Shown here one piece after another: positions 20,221 through 28,817 of a DNA stretch of 64,000 nucleotides. Source of the DNA: Staphylococcus phage S6. The stretch is taken from sequence record LC680885.1; one strand, given 5' to 3'. Both the position numbers and the translations under genes were made by a program. Each line of letters begins with the position of its first letter. Position 1 is the first letter of the stretch. Below the pieces are notes generated by a model. That model did not search any database. It worked only from the letters and a program-made list of their open reading frames with translations, and was not told the DNA's origin.

Positions 20221-20232
20221 ATAATTAGGAGA

Positions 20233-22170
20233 GTGAATTTGATAATGAATGATAATAGAACAATTAAAGTAATTAGAAAAGAAATATTAGACGAAGTACA
20301 AGAATCGATTGTAAATGATAGACAGTTAGATAAAAAGAAATTAACGAAGCTTGGAGAAGAATTAATTGAAAATAGTATTTTTGTGTTGTATACTTCTGAT
20401 GTTGATATTTATGGAGTAATGTTAATGACTGTAGAAAAGATCATTGACATTGAAATTCCAGAACCAACTTTCTCAGTATTTGATGAAGAAAAAGGTTATA
20501 AGATTGGTATTAATCCAGTGTTATTAGCCACTATGGTTGATAAAGATGAAGAAATAGTTTCTATGTTCCTACATGAAGTTATCCATGTAGCTCATGGACA
20601 TTTAATTGAATTTAGAATGTTAAGAAATAAAGAAGATTCTCAATTAAAAATGTTAAGTCACTTAGGAATGGATTTATCAGTATTTGAAATTGAAGAAGAC
20701 TTCCAATTAGGTAAACGTGAAGCTAATACAAGTAAAAAAGTTTTACCTGAAATTGCACCTAATGTAGATAAGATTGAAAAGTATATTCAAGATAAATTTA
20801 ATAAAACAAATTTTAAATTAAATCATAATGATGCTTCTCACTATTATATTAAACAATTAGTAGATATCTACAAAGAAAATAATGAAGAAGATATGTTTGA
20901 TTCTATGGGTGAATCTATGCAAAATATGATTCAAGAATCTTCAGAAAAACAGAATGAACGTGATGAAGATTCATTGAATGAAGAAAATGAAATGTTGAAA
21001 GACATGTTAGAAGATTTAAAAGACATTGAAGATAAAAATGATTTATCTAGTAAATTAGAAGATAATAAACTAGAAGAAAACAAAGTTAATGATTTTGAAA
21101 ATAAAGCTCAAGATTATATGAATAAATTAGATGAAATGAATCAAAATGATGAAGAGAATAGTAATGATACTCAAAATCAGAAAAATATAGAAGAGAAAAT
21201 GAATGATTTACTAGATTCAATGAGAAATAATACTTCAGATAATAAATTTAATAGTAAAGATAATAATGATTTATCTGATAAAATACAAGAAATGAAATCA
21301 GATATATTAAATCAAATGATTCAGAATAATATGCAACAGGGTTCTCAAGGTATGCAAGGTGAAGATGGTGGAATGCAAGACGGACAAAATGTTTCTGATA
21401 TGGGAAGTAACATGACTATGTCATCTTCTTTAGATGGAAATTCTAAATATGCAGATAAATTTGATTCCAATCCTCTTGAAGGAGATGCTACAGAGGAAAG
21501 AATGAAAGACCAATTGTATGATTTATTAGAAAGTGCTAGTAGTAATAGTCGTGGTGATACACCTAATCATATTAAAGAACAAATTGAAATTCTAAAACGT
21601 AAACCTAAGATTAAATGGCAAGATTATCTTAAAGCTAAAGTAGGTAAAAAACGTTCTTCTAGTACGAAAACTATTTTAAGAAGAAATAGAAGACAACCTT
21701 ATCGTAGTGATGTACGTGGAACTTTACCTGGTAGAAAATTAGGTAAAGTATTTGCGGCTATTGACACTTCAGGTTCAATGGGTAGAAATGAAATTGAAGA
21801 AATTATTGCTGAATTGTATTATATTAGTAGTGATATGAAAATTGATTTAGTTTTATTATTCTTTTCAACTGGTGTTGAAGAAGTAGTTGAAGTAAACAGA
21901 CCAAATCAATTTAATGATTATGTAATGGGTCGTGGCGGAACTTACTTCAGTTCTGTATTTGATTTCTTAAATGAAACTGATAACAAACGTAAATATTCAG
22001 TATCAAAAGATGATACTCTATTATTCTTCTCAGATGGTTTTGGAGAACCTGAGGTGGAATACGGTGTATTAACTGATGTTGTTTGGGTTATTACTGAAGA
22101 TGAAAATAATCTTTCAGTTAGAGATCCAAAAGGTAAAGTACTAAAATTAGAAATAGATAATAAAAGATAA
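20233..22170 (+). CDS. vWA-domain protein with N-terminal HExxH metallopeptidase-like motif (DUF2201-like architecture)
   Basis: 'FLHEVIHVAHGHL' (HExxH..H) near the N-terminus. Long Asp/Glu/Asn-rich coiled middle. C-terminal vWA with MIDAS 'AIDTSGSMG'. Directly downstream of the MoxR-like ATPase. Confidence 0.6.
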   Translation: MNLIMNDNRTIKVIRKEILDEVQESIVNDRQLDKKKLTKLGEELIENSIFVLYTSDVDIYGVMLMTVEKIIDIEIPEPTFSVFDEEKGYKIGINPVLLATMVDKDEEIVSMFLHEVIHVAHGHLIEFRMLRNKEDSQLKMLSHLGMDLSVFEIEEDFQLGKREANTSKKVLPEIAPNVDKIEKYIQDKFNKTNFKLNHNDASHYYIKQLVDIYKENNEEDMFDSMGESMQNMIQESSEKQNERDEDSLNEENEMLKDMLEDLKDIEDKNDLSSKLEDNKLEENKVNDFENKAQDYMNKLDEMNQNDEENSNDTQNQKNIEEKMNDLLDSMRNNTSDNKFNSKDNNDLSDKIQEMKSDILNQMIQNNMQQGSQGMQGEDGGMQDGQNVSDMGSNMTMSSSLDGNSKYADKFDSNPLEGDATEERMKDQLYDLLESASSNSRGDTPNHIKEQIEILKRKPKIKWQDYLKAKVGKKRSSSTKTILRRNRRQPYRSDVRGTLPGRKLGKVFAAIDTSGSMGRNEIEEIIAELYYISSDMKIDLVLLFFSTGVEEVVEVNRPNQFNDYVMGRGGTYFSSVFDFLNETDNKRKYSVSKDDTLLFFSDGFGEPEVEYGVLTDVVWVITEDENNLSVRDPKGKVLKLEIDNKR

Positions 22171-22178
22171 TTCAAATT

Positions 22179-22218
22179 ACGTCAATGGATATTAATTTAT
22201 CCATTGACGTTTATATTT
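22179..22218 (+). terminator. Rho-independent terminator ('acgtcaatggat..atccattgacgt')
   Basis: 12-bp perfect stem followed by 'ttatattt'. Confidence 0.55.
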
Positions 22219-22247
22219 AAAATTTTTTACTTAAAGGAGATTAAACA

Positions 22248-24311
22248 ATGTTAAAAAAGACTACAGAAAATGAATTAGAAAAGTTATTCAATGTCACTAT
22301 TTATAATGAAGAATTTTCTAATTTAAAACCTATGTATAATAGAAAAGATACTGAAACTAGAACTAAATTAAATGACAATCAAAATTCTAGAGTGTATGAG
22401 AATTTAATAAATTTCATTAATTATTCTAAAGCAGGAATGACACACATGTTTTTAACTCGTTCTAATAAATATAGAGATAAATATATTGATTTTCTAAGAA
22501 ATAGACTTGGTAAGGAAGATTTATTAGATGAGGTTGAATTTGAATATACAGATAGATATTTCAGATCTTTCATATATAATATAGATATAATTAGAAGAAG
22601 TGAATATCAAACACATCAATCTATAGAAAATGACTCTAAATTAGAAGATTCATTCTTATTAAGAAATGGAAATACAAATATAGATAGCTTTAAAACGGAT
22701 AATGGTTTATCTATAGAATTTTTAGATAAAGATGTAAAGAAAGATTTTTTAGATAAGAACAAACAAATTAGTTTAGAATCTTTGCTAGCTATCGATACGA
22801 TGGTGTCTAATTCATTAAGAAAGAAATGGTTAAAATCAATTGAAAAAGAAGAATTACCTGATATGAATATTATATTTAAAGAAGTTCCAGAAGTAGTAAT
22901 TATACTAGCAAACAGTATATATGAAAGATCAAATTTCAAATTATCATATGTAGATAGAAGTGTTATTAATATACACGCAGACGTTTCAGATGTTTTTGAA
23001 TCAATACTAACTTTAACTTCTAATTTTAATTATAAATTAATATTAGATTTAATAGATGAAGATTACTTAAGTAAAAATTTAAATCATTTCAAAGCTTCTG
23101 AATTTTCTTTATCTGACAATAATGACATTGATAATATATTTAGTATAATCGGAATTATTAAAAAACAAACGGACGTTATTAATAAATTTATAGAAAAAAG
23201 CAAATCAGATAATCTAGAAGACAATATTAATTTAATAATTAAAGAAAATGAAATAGATGATGACTTTGGAGAAATATTAAAAGTTTATATTGATAGTGTA
23301 TTATCTAAATTTAGAGAATATATTGAAGATGATACCAATATATTAAAAGATTCATCTAAGGTTTTAATAGGTGAAAATCTATTTGATTTCTTTATGAAAT
23401 TAGATGATCTCGAAATTTTAATGATTAGAAATATATACAGAGTTTTAGATAGTAATGTATATAATCCTGTAATCAGAGATGTTAAAGAATCACAAGAAAA
23501 AGTTATGAATGGAATAGTAGATTATTTTAAAAATAATACTAAAAAATTATCTTTAGATTTATCTAATATCGATATAAGTAGATTGAAAGATAGTTCTTTC
23601 ACATTATTAAACGATTTCATAACAAATGGAGAAGTAAGTAATCTTCGTATGAAACCTAATGAAGCTAATATAGAGTATTTCTATAAATTAAGTGTGGATA
23701 AAGAATTAAACCGTGACATATTAAATAGTAATATACAATATATGAAACAGGAATTATTAAAAGGTTTTAATGATGATTCTAAAATGACTTCGAATGCTAT
23801 TATTGAATTTGATAATTTTAATATTAATTTTGCTGTAATAGAAAATAATTCATATAATAATGAAATAGAAATAATGATGCAAGGAGTTACTTTTAAGAAA
23901 AAATTAACTGATGAGGATATTGCTACTATCTTTTTATATTCACATAAAGAAGTTAGTATATATCAAGACAAAAAATTAGTTATCATGGATAGAAATTATT
24001 TCTCTAGAAGAGGTATAAATAAATTTATAAATAATATGAATAATGTCTTCACTGATTTAGATGGAGAAAGTTTATCTAAATATATGTCTTTAATTTATAA
24101 TTTATTATCTTTATCAGATAATTCTTTTGAGGAAGATAAAGCAATTTATAATACTCTATATTACAATAAATTTGAATATATTAATAAAGAAAATGAGTTA
24201 AAAGTTGATAGTTATATTAATATGATTAATAATAAAGATGTAACAGATGATTTTAAAAAGAAATTTAAAAAGGTAAGATCTAAGTATTTAGTTTCTAGAA
24301 TATTTATTTAA
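22248..24311 (+). CDS. hypothetical protein
   Basis: 687 aa. AAAGGAG RBS. No motif recognised. Confidence 0.55.
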   Translation: MLKKTTENELEKLFNVTIYNEEFSNLKPMYNRKDTETRTKLNDNQNSRVYENLINFINYSKAGMTHMFLTRSNKYRDKYIDFLRNRLGKEDLLDEVEFEYTDRYFRSFIYNIDIIRRSEYQTHQSIENDSKLEDSFLLRNGNTNIDSFKTDNGLSIEFLDKDVKKDFLDKNKQISLESLLAIDTMVSNSLRKKWLKSIEKEELPDMNIIFKEVPEVVIILANSIYERSNFKLSYVDRSVINIHADVSDVFESILTLTSNFNYKLILDLIDEDYLSKNLNHFKASEFSLSDNNDIDNIFSIIGIIKKQTDVINKFIEKSKSDNLEDNINLIIKENEIDDDFGEILKVYIDSVLSKFREYIEDDTNILKDSSKVLIGENLFDFFMKLDDLEILMIRNIYRVLDSNVYNPVIRDVKESQEKVMNGIVDYFKNNTKKLSLDLSNIDISRLKDSSFTLLNDFITNGEVSNLRMKPNEANIEYFYKLSVDKELNRDILNSNIQYMKQELLKGFNDDSKMTSNAIIEFDNFNINFAVIENNSYNNEIEIMMQGVTFKKKLTDEDIATIFLYSHKEVSIYQDKKLVIMDRNYFSRRGINKFINNMNNVFTDLDGESLSKYMSLIYNLLSLSDNSFEEDKAIYNTLYYNKFEYINKENELKVDSYINMINNKDVTDDFKKKFKKVRSKYLVSRIFI

Positions 24312-24333
24312 ATATATATTATATAATTGAGTT
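24308..24333 (+). promoter_or_regulatory. Conserved promoter-like motif copy 2 ('ttaaatatatattatataattgag')
   Basis: Overlaps the stop codon of the 22248-24311 gene. Followed by a hairpin 'aattgagttgg..caactcaatt'. Confidence 0.4.
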
Positions 24334-24383
24334 GGTAATTGAACTTATCAACTCAATTTAATTTTTAATTAATAGGAGATGAA

Positions 24384-25571
24384 ATGGATATGAGTAAAGC
24401 AATAAAAGATTTATTTATCAATTACAATATATCTTATATTGAAGTTAATGAAGATCATGAACTTAATGAAATTGATAAAGAAGAATTATTAAAAATATTA
24501 GATTTTGATATTAAATTTGAAAAGGAAGAAATTTTAATAAGTGATAATATTAAAATAAATAATTTTAACGGTAATAAGTTAATAAATTTTGTATTTAATT
24601 ATTACTATACAGATAATGAATCACTAAAAGTATTTTTAAAAGACGTTATCAAAGATATTATTATGTATGGATATAAAGAAGATAGAAAAATAAGTCTAAA
24701 TATAAATCAATTACCTTTAGTATTTTATATAAATAAATTTTGTAAAGATAATGACATTAAAAATATTAAATTCTTTTATACTTTTAAAAATTCTTATGGG
24801 AATTTTTCATTTGGTTTATTAAAAGAAGAACATCTAGATGAATTTATTGATGATATAGAAGAAATAAGCAATAATAAGTTCTTCAATTTAAATAGTGGAT
24901 TATTAGATAATGACTTAATAATTAATGGAAATGAAAAGAAATTTATGAAGCTAATATCAAGTTTAATAGATTTAGATATGTCACATAAGGGTAATATATT
25001 TAAATTAAAAATGATAAATTATTTTTATAAATTATTTAATAGTTATATTAATAGTAAAGAAGATTTAGAATATGCAGATGAATTAATGAAGTTTAAAATA
25101 GATAGTCTTAAATATGGTGAATTTAATAAATATTATCTATATGAAAGATTTATAATCGGTATAGATAATTTATATGAACAAGAATTCTTAGGATATAATA
25201 CAAGAATGAATTATAATTATTTTATTGATAAAATACAAAAAATTGAAGATGAAGATGAAGTTAAATATATTTCAAAAATTGTTTTCTTTACATTAATAGA
25301 TGATATTTATAATGAAGCATCATTCTTTTTATCTTTTAGAACAGTCAATAAATATACTGATATTGCAGTTAAAGAAATATTGAAATTGATTGAAGACAAT
25401 CTTACAGAAAATCAGAAGAAACAATTTGTCAGAGAATATATGAGTATGAAAGATAGTTCATTTTATGCTTCAAATGAAAAATATAATCAAACATCTACAC
25501 TTGTTAAAATGTCTAAAGGGAAATTGAAAAAATTAATTATGAATGAAACAGTTAAAAAGACATTTATTTAA
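24384..25571 (+). CDS. hypothetical protein
   Basis: 395 aa. AGGAG RBS. Confidence 0.5.
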   Translation: MDMSKAIKDLFINYNISYIEVNEDHELNEIDKEELLKILDFDIKFEKEEILISDNIKINNFNGNKLINFVFNYYYTDNESLKVFLKDVIKDIIMYGYKEDRKISLNINQLPLVFYINKFCKDNDIKNIKFFYTFKNSYGNFSFGLLKEEHLDEFIDDIEEISNNKFFNLNSGLLDNDLIINGNEKKFMKLISSLIDLDMSHKGNIFKLKMINYFYKLFNSYINSKEDLEYADELMKFKIDSLKYGEFNKYYLYERFIIGIDNLYEQEFLGYNTRMNYNYFIDKIQKIEDEDEVKYISKIVFFTLIDDIYNEASFFLSFRTVNKYTDIAVKEILKLIEDNLTENQKKQFVREYMSMKDSSFYASNEKYNQTSTLVKMSKGKLKKLIMNETVKKTFI

Positions 25572-25585
25572 AGGAGAATCAGCTT

Positions 25586-26299
25586 ATGTTAGTTAAAAAA
25601 GAAAAATTAAAGAATAGAAATGATATCAGAATAGATCATATTATAAGTATTAATTTAGATGATCCTTCTGCACTTAATATGGTTTCATTCCAATTATTAA
25701 TAGAAAGTAATATTCTGAGTTGTTATATTAATAACAACTTAGATACTACTTTATTTACTAAAAAAGAATTAGATAAATATAATAAATTCATAGATTTTGC
25801 TATTGATAATTTTGAATCAAATGGTTTATTTATAAATAAAAAACCAGATGAATTTCTAACTGGTTTAATAAGAAAAGCTTCTATTTCTAGATTATTTAAA
25901 ATGATCGATCCAATTGATAAAACTATCAGCAATGAAAATTTATTTATTACCAGATTAAAAAATATTAGACATAATATAAATGAAACTGATAGTAAAGATT
26001 TAGCTTACTTCTTATATACTAACTTTAGAGAAGATGTTCCGTTAGATAGATTAAAAGGTTTAATGTCTAACCCACATTTAACATCATTATTTGAGTATTT
26101 AATGAATGGTAATTTAATAATGGAGATTGATGAGCAATTGTTAAATAAATGGATTATGTTTATTGATTATGAAATAGATGGCCTTAAAGGATCCATTTAT
26201 CATAGATTAAGACATAGTTTAGTTAATGTAATCAATAAGTATAATAATATACAAGAAGCTAAAGGTTATTTAGGGTATGAAAGATTAGAATTAGAATAA
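25586..26299 (+). CDS. hypothetical protein
   Basis: 237 aa. AAGGAG RBS. Confidence 0.5.
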   Translation: MLVKKEKLKNRNDIRIDHIISINLDDPSALNMVSFQLLIESNILSCYINNNLDTTLFTKKELDKYNKFIDFAIDNFESNGLFINKKPDEFLTGLIRKASISRLFKMIDPIDKTISNENLFITRLKNIRHNINETDSKDLAYFLYTNFREDVPLDRLKGLMSNPHLTSLFEYLMNGNLIMEIDEQLLNKWIMFIDYEIDGLKGSIYHRLRHSLVNVINKYNNIQEAKGYLGYERLELE

Positions 26300-26332
26300 A
26301 CTTAAAAAGTTTAGTGAGAAGGGAAATTTTGA

Positions 26333-26992
26333 ATGAAAAAATTTAGAGATGAATTAATAAATCACTATACAAATTTATTGAGATTCAACGATGATTCTTT
26401 TTATTATAGATTAAAAATTAATTATTTGAATTTCGATTTCTCTAAAGATGTAAATTTAAGAAAAAATAATGTGTTTAAATTAAATTATAAAATCAGCTTT
26501 TTCCTATATTTTAAAATTTTAATAAAAGATTTTATTTCAAATAATTTAGATGAAAATGGTGTATCATTATTATTTTCAGATAGTGTTAATAATAATAATT
26601 TTATTTCTACATTATTTGTTAAGAATAATTCTGATATTGAATTGAAACTAGATTTGGGTGTGTATTATGAACTAGATGAAACTAAAATAGTTCTAATAGA
26701 TTTAAATGAAGAGTTTAATATAGAATATTCAGATGATAGTATTATAATTCATACAGATGAAGATAATTTTGAAAATGTAGTTTATTCTATTCTAAACAAA
26801 ATCAAATTCATCTTAGAAGGAAATATATATGCATTTAGCATATCTTTATTTGGCAATGGAAAAATAGGAGATAGTAATATATTTTATTTAGAAGAGATTG
26901 AAAATATATTTAACTCTAGAAAAAATAGTATAATTGAAGAACTTTCTGAAAGTGAAGTTAAAAAATATAAAATCAAAGAAGGGTTTAAATAG
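26333..26992 (+). CDS. paralog-family protein (conserved C-terminal tail ..SEVKKYKIKEGFK)
   Basis: 219 aa. C-terminal tail matches the KKYLVKNNFK family consensus. Confidence 0.5.
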   Translation: MKKFRDELINHYTNLLRFNDDSFYYRLKINYLNFDFSKDVNLRKNNVFKLNYKISFFLYFKILIKDFISNNLDENGVSLLFSDSVNNNNFISTLFVKNNSDIELKLDLGVYYELDETKIVLIDLNEEFNIEYSDDSIIIHTDEDNFENVVYSILNKIKFILEGNIYAFSISLFGNGKIGDSNIFYLEEIENIFNSRKNSIIEELSESEVKKYKIKEGFK

Positions 26993-26994
26993 TA

Positions 26995-27606
26995 ATGGGT
27001 GATATTAAATTTAATGAAGAATATATGTCAGTTAAAATTTATAAGTTAATTAATTTGTTTGAGTTTCAACAAACAACTCGTAAAAGAGCATTTTCAAACC
27101 ATAATTCTGAAAGTGATGAAAATGAGCTTAATATGTATATAGGTAAAAATGACAATAAAAATATGATTGACATTTTTACTAGTTCTTTCTTTTTATACAA
27201 TCAATTTAAAGATGTTTGCAGTTTAGTATTTAACAATGGTAATACTATTATTGCAGAAATTGAGATATTAAATAAAAATAAATTGTCAATTGAAATTAAT
27301 TCAGAAATCTTAATTGATGATAGTGAAATTAAAAATTTCATTATCAAAAATGATTTTAGTGTAGGAGATGGATTCTTAGGCTTAATTATTGAAAATGATA
27401 AAGAAAAAATTCTTAAATTATTTTTAGAATCATTGTCTGATAGTTATTTTTGGATAAACAAGAAAAGAAGTTTAAATATATCTGATTCTAAAAAAATTAA
27501 ATTTAAAAAATATTTAGAAGATTTATATAAAATGAAAGATTTTTATAGTAAAGAAATCACTGAAAAAGAATATAAAGAAAATATAGTAAAAGATAATTTC
27601 AAATAA
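26995..27606 (+). CDS. paralog-family protein (tail ..EITEKEYKENIVKDNFK)
   Basis: 203 aa. Tail motif present. Paralog of 27698-28339, with the same 'SKEITEKEYKENIVKDNFK'/'SKSITKKEYTDNLVKENFK' ending. Confidence 0.55.
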   Translation: MGDIKFNEEYMSVKIYKLINLFEFQQTTRKRAFSNHNSESDENELNMYIGKNDNKNMIDIFTSSFFLYNQFKDVCSLVFNNGNTIIAEIEILNKNKLSIEINSEILIDDSEIKNFIIKNDFSVGDGFLGLIIENDKEKILKLFLESLSDSYFWINKKRSLNISDSKKIKFKKYLEDLYKMKDFYSKEITEKEYKENIVKDNFK

Positions 27607-27697
27607 TATAATCCCAATACTTATTAATGTAATTAACAAATTTAAAAGATTAAAAATTATTTAGTTTACGAAAGATTAGAACTGGAGTGATATTTTA

Positions 27698-28339
27698 ATG
27701 GAAGAGATTTATCTTGATAAAAGATTTGATAGTGAATATTTTAAAATAAAAACTAGAGATATGATAAACTCTGTAAGATTTACTAAAGAACCAAACTTTG
27801 ATTTAATTATAAATAACCGTAAAGAAGAAAAAATTTTATATACTAAAAATGACAGTATTAGAAATTTATTTATTGAATCTTTTATCTTGTATTTAAATAA
27901 TATTACAGACGTTTATACATTTAGTATATCAATCAGTAATATTAAGTTAATTTTTAGTTTAAGATACAATCATACGAATAAAGATACCAAATTTTTAATT
28001 TATATAATAGAAAATGATAAATTTAATTATGAAAAAGATGTATCTGAATTAGAAAAAATATTAAATGACATATCTTCTTTAGTAAATAAAGAATACTATA
28101 TATCTAAAGGTAGTTTTATAATAGACTATTTAGATATAGAAAAAATTGATAAGATATTATATTACATTAATAAATTAGATGATCTTCGTATAATGTTAGA
28201 TGATTCAGAAAAAGAAGGAAAATCGTATTTAAGTTACAACTCTTTTCTTAAAGAACTTTATTTAAAAAGAAACCTATATTCTAAAAGTATTACTAAAAAG
28301 GAATATACTGATAATTTAGTTAAAGAAAATTTTAAATAA
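27698..28339 (+). CDS. paralog-family protein (tail ..SITKKEYTDNLVKENFK)
   Basis: 213 aa. Tail motif present. The 3' flank 'taatataatcccaatac' is duplicated at 27603. Confidence 0.55.
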   Translation: MEEIYLDKRFDSEYFKIKTRDMINSVRFTKEPNFDLIINNRKEEKILYTKNDSIRNLFIESFILYLNNITDVYTFSISISNIKLIFSLRYNHTNKDTKFLIYIIENDKFNYEKDVSELEKILNDISSLVNKEYYISKGSFIIDYLDIEKIDKILYYINKLDDLRIMLDDSEKEGKSYLSYNSFLKELYLKRNLYSKSITKKEYTDNLVKENFK

Positions 28340-28345
28340 TATAAT

Positions 28346-28376
28346 CCCAATACCTATTACATCAATAGGTATTGGG
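28346..28376. terminator. Bidirectional hairpin terminator ('cccaatacctat..ataggtattggg')
   Basis: 12-bp perfect stem between convergent genes 27698-28339 (+) and 28395-28691 (-). T-rich flanks on both strands. Confidence 0.6.
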
Positions 28377-28394
28377 AAAAATTTAAATTATTTT

Positions 28395-28691
28395 TTATTT
28401 CATGCTGTCTAATTCAGCTAATTTTAATTTAGCTTTAGTTGCATATTTTTGACGAATTATGTCACGCCATTTTTTACGAGCACGAGCAGCTTTTTGATAT
28501 TTAAAATAGATTGGATCTTGAGCTTCTTTAGCTGCAACTAATGCTAATTGGTTTAATCTACGTTTACGTTTAGTACGTTCATCTAAACGCATGATATTTT
28601 GTTCACGTAAAAGAGCTTCATCAGTTGCTTGCATAATTTGCTCTTCTAGTGGAGTAATGTTATTTTTCATAATGGAAGATCTTCCTTTCAA
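28395..28691 (-). CDS. small basic protein (lone minus-strand gene)
   Basis: 98 aa. Lys/Arg-rich 'KYQKAARARKKWRDIIRQKYATKAKLKLAE'. Own AGGAAG RBS. Isolated between hairpin terminators. Possible nucleic-acid binder. Confidence 0.45.
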   Translation of the reverse strand: MKGRSSIMKNNITPLEEQIMQATDEALLREQNIMRLDERTKRKRRLNQLALVAAKEAQDPIYFKYQKAARARKKWRDIIRQKYATKAKLKLAELDSMK

Positions 28692-28817
28692 TTATTTTTA
28701 TTATTCATTATAATGATTATAAGAAATATGTTTTATTTAAGAAATATGAAAAAATTATTGAACCATAATAACTTATCTTATATAAGTATGAATCTATAAG
28801 GAGATGAGAATTTATTT

